From: an uncultured Terracidiphilus sp.
Lineage (GTDB): Bacteria > Acidobacteriota > Terriglobia > Terriglobales > Acidobacteriaceae
Assembly: GCA_964452615.1 (NCBI GenBank)
Contig: CAYVMS010000001.1
Span: 1,997-65,996 of the forward strand
Direction of reading: 5' to 3'
Length of the DNA stretch: 64,000 bases
In this document: positions 50,645 to 60,097 of the stretch, piece after piece
How the letters are laid out: each line of letters begins with the position of its first letter
Numbering within the stretch: the stretch's first letter is position 1
Notes under the pieces: generated by a model
The model's input: only the letters and a program-made list of their open reading frames with translations
What the model was told of the DNA's origin: nothing
The model's database searches: none
Program-made: the position numbers and the translations under genes

Positions 50645-51141
50645 GTGCGATCTACCGCCTTACACGGGAACCAAGAGAGCCACCTCCGGGCGGGCCGCAA
50701 CGATGAATTTAGATGTAAACGGCATGTTGTTGGGCAAAATAGGGATAGAGGCAAGTACTTATATTGCGCAAAATCATCATGGCCAAGCGCCAACTTCGGC
50801 GCCTCAACGCGCATCTTGCATCGCTGCACCGATTGAAAACCCGATCCAGTATACTTTCAGCATGCGCCCACTCCGCCCTATGAATGCCGCATCCATAGTT
50901 CCCTCATTCCATTGGGATAAGATCTGTGACCGGCCTTTGGCCGCTGAACTGAGTCGTCAATTTGCGGCCAAATTGAGCGTGGTATACTACTTCAGATTTC
51001 ATTTTTTGAGTTCTCACTCGCGTGGATTATCTACGCCCCTCGGGCAGTAAATGGCGAAGATCGTCTCCTTTTATGTAATAGCGGTTAAAATCGTTGTAGC
51101 GCAATAATCTGGAAGTTGTCTTCACGTGAAACTTTGTCGCC

Positions 51142-52077
51142 ATGAGCGTGTTCATTTCTGTGGAGGGTCATTTGGACGGCAATATGCTCAGTACTGCAAC
51201 TTCTGAAGGCCAGACCATGGATCGAATCGCACAGAATTATGCCAGGGCTGGTGCGGAGCGGATCGGAATGCTGAAGACCGCTCTAGATCTGGCTCCGACG
51301 TCGACTCTCTCGCTCGATTTAGACTCGGAGAGATTGAGTTCCTGGGCACAATCAGATGCCAAGCGTTTCTTCGACTTGGTCTGTGTCTTGCTAGCGATGC
51401 CTTTGCTGGTTCCAGTCTTGCTAGTAATCGCCTTGGCAGTCCGGCTGACCTCGCTTGGTCCTGTTCTCTTTTTGCAAGAGCGGGTGGGACTTCATGGCCG
51501 GATCTTCACCATCCTAAAGTTCCGAACCATGGTTCATGTCACCGACAAAGCGCATCACGCGGTCACCACAGTCGGCAACCAGCGCTTCACCTCTATAGGC
51601 CCTTTTCTGCGCCGCTGGAAACTCGATGAGTTGCCCCAGCTCTTGAATGTGCTTGCCGGGCATATGAGCTTGGTAGGATCCCGCCCGAAGATGCCGGAGC
51701 ATGTGCTATACAATCTGCCGTGCCGGCCTGGGATCACCGGTGCAGCCACCAACGCCTTCGCTCGCGAGGAGGCGATTCTCAATCATGTGCCAAAAGAGCA
51801 TTTGGATGCGTACTATCATAAGGTCGTTCTTCCTGCCAAGCGCCGGCTTGATGTGGAATATATGACCCGCGCAACATTTCGTTCCGATTTCAAACTGCTC
51901 GTCAACAGCGTGTTGCGCCGCTGGAATACCTCTGCAATGGAAAGTGCGCTCGATGCCGCGGCATATGAGGCTGAGTACAGAGCCCTGCTTACTTGGGATG
52001 TTACGGCACTGGCTCTTGAGCCAATGGCGCCAAGAGGAGAAATGCCCGATCGAGCAGAGCAAGTCGTGGCCTTCTGA
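51142..52077 (+). CDS. Priming sugar-1-phosphate transferase (bacterial sugar transferase family)
   Basis: KRFFDL, GPVLFLQERVG, KFRTM, LRRWKLDELPQLLNVL.G.MSLVG, PGITG. Confidence 0.9.
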   Translation: MSVFISVEGHLDGNMLSTATSEGQTMDRIAQNYARAGAERIGMLKTALDLAPTSTLSLDLDSERLSSWAQSDAKRFFDLVCVLLAMPLLVPVLLVIALAVRLTSLGPVLFLQERVGLHGRIFTILKFRTMVHVTDKAHHAVTTVGNQRFTSIGPFLRRWKLDELPQLLNVLAGHMSLVGSRPKMPEHVLYNLPCRPGITGAATNAFAREEAILNHVPKEHLDAYYHKVVLPAKRRLDVEYMTRATFRSDFKLLVNSVLRRWNTSAMESALDAAAYEAEYRALLTWDVTALALEPMAPRGEMPDRAEQVVAF

Positions 52078-52157
52078 GAGGTTCGTCTTCCGGTCCAAGG
52101 TCAGCAGACTATCGCTGAGCCCTGTTGTTCTAGCGCAACCGGGAAGGCTTACATGTC

Positions 52158-52381
52158 AGTGATATGTGTCACATAGCTTAGTTTTGCTTCCGCCCTACAC
52201 TTCAAATAGCGAAATGCGATCTGTTCTGGCATCGAGCAGTCCAAGCTGCACTACCCACATATATGCTGCAACACCGCTGAAGTGATGTGGGGGGCCACCG
52301 TGCACAGGGTGAAAGCTCTGTAGGGGAAGTCAGCAGACAGCCTTCTGGAATGCCCCTATTGAATCAGTGATTTACATCACT
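52158..52381 (+). promoter_or_regulatory. Two CRP-type palindromes upstream of the sensor kinase
   Basis: AGTGA-tatgtg-TCACA (52158-52173), with -10-like TACACT at 52196-52201; AGTGA-tttaca-TCACT (52366-52381). Confidence 0.5.
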
Positions 52382-52463
52382 TCGCGTGCTGGCAGATATG
52401 GCGGCTAATGAGTAAGACTTCGAACTGACCTCGGCCAAGCTCAAGCCTGGGCAGCCAAGTTAA

Positions 52464-55400
52464 GTGCTGAGCGCAGAGGAAAAGTCTGTGACGGCTCATC
52501 GATCGAGAGTGATCGTCCGTATTATCCGCGGCCGGATCGCACTGCAGCTCGCCGCTGCTATTGCGGTTGTGCTGGCCCTTTTGCTGCGCGTGGCGCTGGA
52601 CCGATACTCCCTAACGCTACCGACCTACGTCACCTTCTATCCGGTTGTATTTCTAGCGGCTCTGCTGGGAGATATGTGGGCTGGCATTCTGGCAACGGCG
52701 CTCTCCGCGCTGTTGGCAGACTATTTCCTGTTGCCGCCGGTAGGGCAATTCACAATCCACTCAACCTCCGACATCGTTGGCATGACGATCTTTTGCATCT
52801 CTGGGATCTCCGTTTCTGTTATCGCTGAACAGTACTACAGAAATCGGGAGACACTCGACCCCTACAGACATAAGGAGGCCGTTCGGAACGAACTTCGCAA
52901 GGTGGGGGATGCGCAAGATCTGTCAGGCTCAGTTCTCGCGGAGCGTCTGCGGTTCCTTGGCGTGCTGGAGTCCTTGCGCACGAAGAATTTTCCGGGAGGA
53001 TTCTCTGAAGCCGGCCCGAACAGCCTGAAACTCAGTGGAACCGGAGGTGAATCCGGATCTCCAAGTTTGGACAAGAGGCAGTTCAGAGCTTTGCTTCGGC
53101 GAACAGTTCTGGTTCCTTTCATCGCCGCTTTGATCCTCGGCGGAGCCGCACTTTGGGCCGCATACGAACTGAACGCATCAATGCAATGGGTTGACTACAC
53201 TGATCAAGTAATCTCTCAATCCCGTCGTCTGCTCAAGTTAACGGTCGATATGGAAACCGGCGAACGAGGCTACCTGGTCACGGGCAACGAAGTGTTTCTC
53301 CAGCCGTACCACGATGCCTCAAAGGTTATCGATTCTGAATACCTGACCTTGTCCCGTCTGGTTGCGGACAATCCCTCACAGCAGGCGCGGCTGGAAACTC
53401 TGCACGAAAGCCTCCAGCATTGGCAGGGCTACGCTGAGCAGATGATTGCCTTGCGTCGCAGTGGGGGAGCCTACGGCGACCTCCCAATCAACCTCGCAGG
53501 AAAAGCAGAGGTGGATGCGATTCGTGAAGAGATAGCCGGGTTTCAGGCTGTCGAAGAGCATCTCCGCGATGAGCGCAATCGCACGGCGCATCGCGACTGG
53601 CGTCTTGTAGAGACCATCTGCGTCCTTCTCGGCCTGGGAATTGGGTTAGGGCTCACGGTTTTCACGTTTCGCCGCATGGAGAGCATTGCAGCCAGCTTCG
53701 AGGAATCAGGCCAAGCCCTAGCGGAGAGTGAACGGCGCTGGGCTACAACGTTGGCCAGCATTGGCGATGCTGTAATTGCCTCTGACAACAAGGGACGGGT
53801 CACCTTCCTCAACCCGGCCGCCGTCGTCCTCACCGGCTGGCAATCCGATGAAGCACAGGGCCAACCGATCCAGACCGTCTTTCATATCATCAACGAACAG
53901 ACGCGGGTTGCGGCAGAGGACATCGTCGGCCGCGTGCTGAAAGATGGGCTCGTTGTCGAATTGGCCAACCACACGGCATTGCTGGCAAAAGATGGCCGGG
54001 AGATTTCCATCGCTGACAGTGCCGCGCCGATCCTCGATAACGATGGAAAGATCGCCGGCGTAGTGCTTGTCTTCCGCGATGTTACCGAACGCAGGCGTGC
54101 CGATGACGCGCTACGGGAGAGCAGGGCGAAGCTGTTTGCAGCACTGGCAAGCATGACGGACTCGGTGATTATCACCGACGCCAAGGGGCGGTTCGTGGAA
54201 TTCAACGACGCCTACGCAAAGTTCTACAGGTTCAAGAGCAAGGCGGAGTGCGCCAGGAATTTTGCGGATTTTGCCAGCCTCTTCGATGTGTTCCTGCCAA
54301 GCGGAGAGCCTGTGCCACGGGAGATGTGGGCAAGCCAACGGGCCCTGCGGGGCGAGACTGCGGTTGGCAACGAATACACATTGCAGCGCAAAGATTCAGG
54401 CGAAGCTTGGACTGGCAGCATTTCCTTCAGCCCAATCCGCGACAGCAACGGCGTGATCATCGGGTCGGTCGTGACCTCTCGCGACGTGACAGAAGCAAAG
54501 CGGGCCGAGGAAGAGCGTCAAATTTCGATCGACTTCCTCGGAATGATCAATCAGAGCCGGGGGACGAAAGATCTGGTCCAGAGGGCAGCGTCATTCTTCC
54601 AGAAGCGGTCGGACTGCGAAGCTGTCGCCATCCGGTTGCGTGAAGGAGATGACTATCCGTATGTTGAAACGCGGGGATTCTCCAGCGAGTTTGTCCGTCT
54701 GGAGAGCAAGCTTTGCATTCGGACGGCCAACGGCAAAGTGATGCGAGATAGCTCCGCCAGGCCCGCGCTCGAGTGCCTCTGCGGCAGCGTCATCCGCGGA
54801 CGATTCGAGAGCTCGAAGCCGTTCTACACCGCGCATGGGGGATTTTGGACCAACAGCACAACAGATTTGGTTCGCACGGCCACTCATGCCGATCTGCCTG
54901 CCACTGTGCGCCACCGGTGCAATCGCGAGGGCTACGAATCGGTCGCTCTCTTGCCGATGTATGTTGGCGAAGAGCGGTTTGGGCTGGTCCAACTGAACGA
55001 CCGCCGCACAGGGCGATTCTCGGCCCAGTCCATCCTCTTGTGGGAGAGGCTGGCCGGACACCTGGCTACGGCAATCTCAAAATTCAGCGCCGAAGAAGCC
55101 TTGCAGGAAAGCGAAAAGCGATATCGCAATTTGTTCAATTCAATGAATGAAGGCTTTTGCGTTATCGAGGTTCTCTTTGACGCCGATGAGAAGCCTGAAG
55201 ATTACCGTTTCCTTGAGGTGAATACCGCATTCGAAAATCAAACAGGTCTGCATGATGCCGTAGGGAAGCGGATGCGCGAGCTTGCCTCGGACCATGAAGA
55301 GCATTGGTTTGAGATTTACGGACGCATTGCATTAACGGGTGAACCGGCGCATTTCATGAACGAGGCCAAAGCGCTCAATCGCTATTACGACGTTCATGCC

Positions 55401-57101
55401 TATCGCGTTGGAGAGGCCGAGCAGCGGCGGGTGGCAATCGTATTTAACGATTTCAGCGATTACAAGCGGGCCGAGGAAGACCTCTCCAAGCTCAACCGCA
55501 CGCTGAAGGCGCTCAGCAACAGCAATCAGGCAATTCTGCGCGCCTCCGACGAGTCGGCATTTCTCGAAGAGGCTTGCCACATTATTACCCGGGATTGCGG
55601 CTATGCAATGGTTTGGATCGGCATCGCCGAGGACGACGGGAGAAAGACAGTCCGGCCAGTTGCCTACTCGGGTTTTGAAGAGGGATATCTGGAGTCGCTC
55701 AGGATTACCTGGGATGAGAGCGAACAGGGCAGCGGTCCCACCGGGACCGCCATTCGAACTGGCGAGCCCTCGATGTGCAGGAATATGCTGACCGACCCAA
55801 ACTTCCTCCCCTGGCGCGAAAATGCCATCAAGCGCGGTTACGCCTCTTCGCTGGCAATTCCGCTTAGGGGAAAAGGCCAGCCATGGGGAGCGATCACCAT
55901 TTATGCGCGTGAGCCAGATGCGTTCTCAGAGGGCGAGGTCGACCTGCTGAAGGAACTGGCGCGAGACCTTGAGTTTGGCGTTCAATCGCTGCGCGCTCGC
56001 GCTGCCCACGTGCAAGCTGAGCAGGCCTTGCGCGAGAGCGAAGAGCAGTTGGGACTATTTGCCGAGCATGCTCCAGCCGCGCTGGCGATGTTCGACCGTG
56101 AGATGCGCTATCTGCACGCGAGCCGCCGCTGGAAAGCCGACTACAATCTCGGCGATCGCGATCTCGACGGCGTGTCGCACTACGACATCTTTCCGGAGAT
56201 TCCGGAAGAGTGGAAAGAGGCGCATCGCCGCGGACTTGCCGGCGAGGTGCTCAGCGGAGATGACGACACCTTCACCAGTGCTGACGGCTCTGTGCAATGG
56301 ATACGTTGGGAGATTCGGCCCTGGTGCAAGGCCAACGGTGAGATTGGCGGAATTGTGATCTTCAGCGAAGACACGTCAAAACGCAAAGAGGCTGAGGCTG
56401 CACTGCTGCGAAACGAGAAGCTCGCCTATCAACGGGAACAACTGCAGGCTCTGGCAAAACGCCTGCAACAGGTTCGCGAAGAGGAACGCAAGATGGTTGC
56501 GCGCGACCTGCACGATCAGATTGGGCAGATTCTGACCGCGATCAAGATGGATATGGCCTGGGCTGCGCGGCATCTGCCGGAATCCGAAGGGCAAGTTCAC
56601 AACCGTCTGAAGGGATCGATCGAGATGATCAACGAGGGCGTCCGGTCGGTGCGCAAGATCTGTAGCGGGTTGCGGCCAGGAATACTAGACGATCTCGGCC
56701 TGGCGGCCGCCATCGAGTGGCAAGCCAACGAGTTCGCCTCTCGAACAGGAGTCCGCTGCGAGATCTCTATGCCCTCTACTGAGTTACGGCTGGACAACGA
56801 CCGGGCCACCGAGATCTTCAGGATCTTTCAGGAGTGCCTGACCAATGTAGCCCGGCATGCTGAGGCACAGTCTGTGAGCGCTTCCTTGAAGACAGAGGAT
56901 GAGAATCTCGTGTTGATCGTTCAGGACGACGGAAAGGGCTTTCGTGAATCCGAGGTAACAGGTTCACTGGGAGTCTTGGGAATGAAGGAACGAGCCAAGG
57001 TGTGCGGCGGCGACGTGCAGGTATCGAGTTCCACTGGTATGGGAACGACAGTGACTGTTCGTGTGCCTCTGCATGCTGCAAGCGTTGAGCGTGAGGAATA
57101 A
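52464..57101 (+). CDS. Multi-sensor histidine kinase (DUF4118 TM, CHASE3, PAS x4, GAF x2, HisKA_3, HATPase)
   Basis: DMETGERGYLVTG (CHASE3); PAS/PAC repeats; EEERKMVARDLHDQIGQ H-box; QECLTNVARHA N-box; DDGKGF. Confidence 0.92.
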   Translation: MLSAEEKSVTAHRSRVIVRIIRGRIALQLAAAIAVVLALLLRVALDRYSLTLPTYVTFYPVVFLAALLGDMWAGILATALSALLADYFLLPPVGQFTIHSTSDIVGMTIFCISGISVSVIAEQYYRNRETLDPYRHKEAVRNELRKVGDAQDLSGSVLAERLRFLGVLESLRTKNFPGGFSEAGPNSLKLSGTGGESGSPSLDKRQFRALLRRTVLVPFIAALILGGAALWAAYELNASMQWVDYTDQVISQSRRLLKLTVDMETGERGYLVTGNEVFLQPYHDASKVIDSEYLTLSRLVADNPSQQARLETLHESLQHWQGYAEQMIALRRSGGAYGDLPINLAGKAEVDAIREEIAGFQAVEEHLRDERNRTAHRDWRLVETICVLLGLGIGLGLTVFTFRRMESIAASFEESGQALAESERRWATTLASIGDAVIASDNKGRVTFLNPAAVVLTGWQSDEAQGQPIQTVFHIINEQTRVAAEDIVGRVLKDGLVVELANHTALLAKDGREISIADSAAPILDNDGKIAGVVLVFRDVTERRRADDALRESRAKLFAALASMTDSVIITDAKGRFVEFNDAYAKFYRFKSKAECARNFADFASLFDVFLPSGEPVPREMWASQRALRGETAVGNEYTLQRKDSGEAWTGSISFSPIRDSNGVIIGSVVTSRDVTEAKRAEEERQISIDFLGMINQSRGTKDLVQRAASFFQKRSDCEAVAIRLREGDDYPYVETRGFSSEFVRLESKLCIRTANGKVMRDSSARPALECLCGSVIRGRFESSKPFYTAHGGFWTNSTTDLVRTATHADLPATVRHRCNREGYESVALLPMYVGEERFGLVQLNDRRTGRFSAQSILLWERLAGHLATAISKFSAEEALQESEKRYRNLFNSMNEGFCVIEVLFDADEKPEDYRFLEVNTAFENQTGLHDAVGKRMRELASDHEEHWFEIYGRIALTGEPAHFMNEAKALNRYYDVHAYRVGEAEQRRVAIVFNDFSDYKRAEEDLSKLNRTLKALSNSNQAILRASDESAFLEEACHIITRDCGYAMVWIGIAEDDGRKTVRPVAYSGFEEGYLESLRITWDESEQGSGPTGTAIRTGEPSMCRNMLTDPNFLPWRENAIKRGYASSLAIPLRGKGQPWGAITIYAREPDAFSEGEVDLLKELARDLEFGVQSLRARAAHVQAEQALRESEEQLGLFAEHAPAALAMFDREMRYLHASRRWKADYNLGDRDLDGVSHYDIFPEIPEEWKEAHRRGLAGEVLSGDDDTFTSADGSVQWIRWEIRPWCKANGEIGGIVIFSEDTSKRKEAEAALLRNEKLAYQREQLQALAKRLQQVREEERKMVARDLHDQIGQILTAIKMDMAWAARHLPESEGQVHNRLKGSIEMINEGVRSVRKICSGLRPGILDDLGLAAAIEWQANEFASRTGVRCEISMPSTELRLDNDRATEIFRIFQECLTNVARHAEAQSVSASLKTEDENLVLIVQDDGKGFRESEVTGSLGVLGMKERAKVCGGDVQVSSSTGMGTTVTVRVPLHAASVEREE

Positions 57102-57730
57102 TGCATATTCTGATAGCAGATGATCATGCCGTGGTGCGTCGCGGCATGAGGGAGATTTTGGCCGAGGCGCTTCCTGGTGCGCGGTTCTCAGAGGCCGGCA
57201 ACGGTGATGAGGCGCTGAAAGGCCTGGCCGGATCTCCGGTGAGCGCGCTTGTGCTCGATATCAATATGCCTGGCCGCAGCGGGCTTGACGTGCTGCGGGA
57301 TGTGAAGCGCGACTACCCGCGAGTTCCCGTGATCGTGCTGAGCATGCAGCCTGAGGACCAGTATGCGATGCGCTGCCTGCGGGCCGGTGCGTCCGCCTAC
57401 ATCAACAAAGACAGCGCGCCGGAAGAGTTGGCGCAGGCGATCAAGAAAATCCTCGGTGGAGGCCGCTACGTCAGTCCGCGCTTTGCAGAGCAACTGGTGG
57501 CCCATTTCGAAGAACCCGCCGCAAAGCCTTTGCATGAGTTGCTCTCGGACCGGGAATTCGAAGTAATGAGAATGATCGCCTCCGGCGTGCCGTTGACCGA
57601 AATTGCAAACCGGATTCATGTCAGCGTGAAAACGGTAAGCACTTACCGGACGCGCATCATGGAAAAAATGCAAATGCAGAGCAATGCCGAAGTGACCCGC
57701 TATGCAATGACGTTCCAACTTATCGATTAG
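57101..57730 (+). CDS. NarL/LuxR-family (UvrY/GacA-like) response regulator
   Basis: ADDH, LDINMP, INKD receiver; LSDREFEV..VSVKTVSTYR HTH. Confidence 0.93.
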   Translation: MHILIADDHAVVRRGMREILAEALPGARFSEAGNGDEALKGLAGSPVSALVLDINMPGRSGLDVLRDVKRDYPRVPVIVLSMQPEDQYAMRCLRAGASAYINKDSAPEELAQAIKKILGGGRYVSPRFAEQLVAHFEEPAAKPLHELLSDREFEVMRMIASGVPLTEIANRIHVSVKTVSTYRTRIMEKMQMQSNAEVTRYAMTFQLID

Positions 57731-57742
57731 ACTGCTCTCTTG

Positions 57743-57805
57743 TGTAGGAAAAACCCTACACTCCGCATTCGCAAAAACCTACAGCCTAACCAGCATTCAC
57801 TGACT
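57743..57805 (+). promoter_or_regulatory. TGTAGG-N6-CCTACA palindrome plus phased CCTACA half-site (copy 1)
   Basis: TGTAGG aaaaac CCTACA (57743-57760); CCTACA again at 57778. Confidence 0.6.
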
Positions 57806-58100
57806 TGAATGCATCTGCGACTCTTGTACCATTAATTCATAAACAGCATATCAATTGCCGTTAGCTCTACAGTTGTGAAGAAAATCGGCGCAGCGAGTGC
57901 CATTGATCTGTTGGTGGCGAATTTGGATCTGTGGAGAGCTGTATGTCCGAAAAGCAACTCTGGGCCTTTTTAGCCATTCTATTTACCCGTTCTCCAGTCC
58001 TAAGCGTGAGCGCCGATACAGTGACAGAAGAATCACCGATTCGGCGCTCTAACTCTCGCATCGATATAAGCACAGCGCGCAGATGGGAGCATGGAAGACC

Positions 58101-58487
58101 ATGCATATTCTGATCGCTGACGACCATGCCGCTGTGCGCCACGGCCTCAAAGAGATCCTGGCCGATGCACTTCCAGGGGCGCATTTTTCCGAAGCCAGCG
58201 ACGGAAATGAAGTACTCAAACATTTGGCCGTAGCCGAGTGTTCTGTCCTGTTGCTGGATATCAACATGCCTGAGCGCAACGGACTGGAAGTACTGCGAGA
58301 CGTCAAGAGCATCTACCCGCGAATTCCTGTGATCATTGTGAGCGTCCAGCCGGAAGACCAATATGCGGCGCGCTGTTTGCGGGCCGGCGCGGCAGCCTAT
58401 GTCAACAAAGACAAAGCGAATGAAGACCTAGTGCGGGCGGTCAGAGAGATTCTGGCCAATTGTTCGTGCCGAAATCCGCGCAATTAA
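58101..58487 (+). CDS. Stand-alone receiver domain, duplicate of the 57101 receiver without the HTH
   Basis: MHILIADDHA..LLDINMP..QPEDQYA.RCLRAGA.AY.NKD closely matches the upstream regulator, then stops. Confidence 0.82.
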   Translation: MHILIADDHAAVRHGLKEILADALPGAHFSEASDGNEVLKHLAVAECSVLLLDINMPERNGLEVLRDVKSIYPRIPVIIVSVQPEDQYAARCLRAGAAAYVNKDKANEDLVRAVREILANCSCRNPRN

Positions 58488-58525
58488 AATCACAACTACA
58501 TTGCTAAGCTGATCCGCTCTCTGGC

Positions 58526-58588
58526 CGTAGGAAATCTCCTACATATCCGGCTCGGAAAGACCTACACGAAATCCAGCATTTGCCTATA
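58526..58588 (+). promoter_or_regulatory. CGTAGG-N6-CCTACA palindrome plus phased half-sites (copy 2)
   Basis: CGTAGG aaatct CCTACA (58526-58543); CCTACA at 58561; CCTATA at 58583. Confidence 0.6.
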
Positions 58589-58677
58589 GCGACAGAGATT
58601 CGCCTCCCTTATTTTCAATTTAGAAACTCCAACACTGCCTGAGATACGGCCATGTATTTCGCGAAAGAGGGATCGCA

Positions 58678-59184
58678 ATGATGCACAAGAGATACGGGAA
58701 CAAAAAGCAAACCAAAATCCTCGTCGTGGACGACGAGCGGACGATTGCATTGAAGTTGGCCGTGATCCTGGCGAGTCATGGATACGAGGTTGCCACCGTT
58801 TTCAGCGGAGAACAAGCGTTGCTGAAAGCGGCGGAGTTTATCCCCGACTTGCTGATCTCCGACATATTCATTGGTGAAATGAATGGGATCGAAGCCGCAA
58901 CCAATATCACCGCAATGCTTCCCCGTTGCAAAGTGTTATTTCTTTCCGGCATCGCGTCCGTGTACGACGTAATGAGCGCAGCTCCAGAGCGGCTGGTCTA
59001 TAGCTTCATGCCGAAGTGGGCGCATCCGCTCGATTTACTCAATGCTATCGCTTATATGCTGCCGGCTCTAACCGCGACACATGATCCAGCGGAAATTTCC
59101 ATGGGGCGCAATACCCATATGCAATCTGCCAAAAAATTCAAACGAGCCGAGACTGAGTTAGTTTTTAGCGAAGCAGGAGCTTGA
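58678..59184 (+). CDS. Single-domain response regulator (receiver)
   Basis: ILVVDDE, PDLLISD, MNGIEAA, LFLSG, PK motifs. Confidence 0.82.
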   Translation: MMHKRYGNKKQTKILVVDDERTIALKLAVILASHGYEVATVFSGEQALLKAAEFIPDLLISDIFIGEMNGIEAATNITAMLPRCKVLFLSGIASVYDVMSAAPERLVYSFMPKWAHPLDLLNAIAYMLPALTATHDPAEISMGRNTHMQSAKKFKRAETELVFSEAGA

Positions 59185-59264
59185 ATAGATACCCTCGCTG
59201 GCGCTCAAGGCAAAGCCGGCGTTGGAGTCAACCAATGCAGATCGAACCAATGTAAGGGGGAACT

Positions 59265-60014
59265 ATGGCGACAGCAATTCTGCATACACTGCGGCAAGGT
59301 CCAGCAGGGACAACATTAACCGCAGCCAACCTGGCGGAGCGCGTCGTTCTGATTCGCACCTCCCCGCTCTTCTCCGGCTTATCGCAGGATCAATGCGAGG
59401 ACGTTGCACGGCAAGCACGGCCAAAGGCTTTTGCTCGCAACGAGATGCTGTTCATGCAAGGGCACCCAGTCCACAACTTGGCGTTAATTCGCTCTGGGAG
59501 CGTGAAGATCACACAGCTCGGCCCGAACGGCAATGAGGTCATTCTCTGGATTTACGGTGTCGGCAATGTAGCGGGTGGGCTCTCCGAACCCGTCTCCAGT
59601 CACCACAGATGCTCGGCGCGCGCCATGGAACAAAGCACGGCATTGCTCTGGGAGTACTCGGTTATTCAAGAGCTCATGCTGAAGTACCCGCAAATCAGGA
59701 AGAACATCAGTCAGATCCTCTTTTCTCGACTGAATGAGTTGGAAGAACGGTTTCGCGAAGTCGCAACAGAGAAAGTTGCCAAGCGCGTTGCTCTCGCTTT
59801 GCTGAGACTGCTCAAGCATATCGGCAAGAAAGTGCATGGAGGAGTCGAGATCTCGCTCTCGCGCGAAGAGTTGGCTCAGATGACCGGCACCACCCTGTTT
59901 ACGACAAGTCGGTTGCTCTCCAAGTGGGGCGAAATGGGTTTCGTTCTGCCACGCAGGGAGTCGGTCGTGGTCAGCGATCCCTATCGCTTAGAGCTCGTGA
60001 GTGATGATCTTTAA
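59265..60014 (+). CDS. Crp/Fnr-family transcriptional regulator (NnrR-like recognition helix)
   Basis: PLFSGLS, LFMQG..LIRSGSVKI..GNEVIL; LSREELAQMTGTTLFTTSRLL HTH. Confidence 0.9.
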   Translation: MATAILHTLRQGPAGTTLTAANLAERVVLIRTSPLFSGLSQDQCEDVARQARPKAFARNEMLFMQGHPVHNLALIRSGSVKITQLGPNGNEVILWIYGVGNVAGGLSEPVSSHHRCSARAMEQSTALLWEYSVIQELMLKYPQIRKNISQILFSRLNELEERFREVATEKVAKRVALALLRLLKHIGKKVHGGVEISLSREELAQMTGTTLFTTSRLLSKWGEMGFVLPRRESVVVSDPYRLELVSDDL

Positions 60015-60097
60015 GGGCGTACTGAACGAGCCGCAAGGCATGCCCTATTCGGCTTGTACAGCGCACCTCAGTGCTTGAAGATCATGAACGGGTTCAA

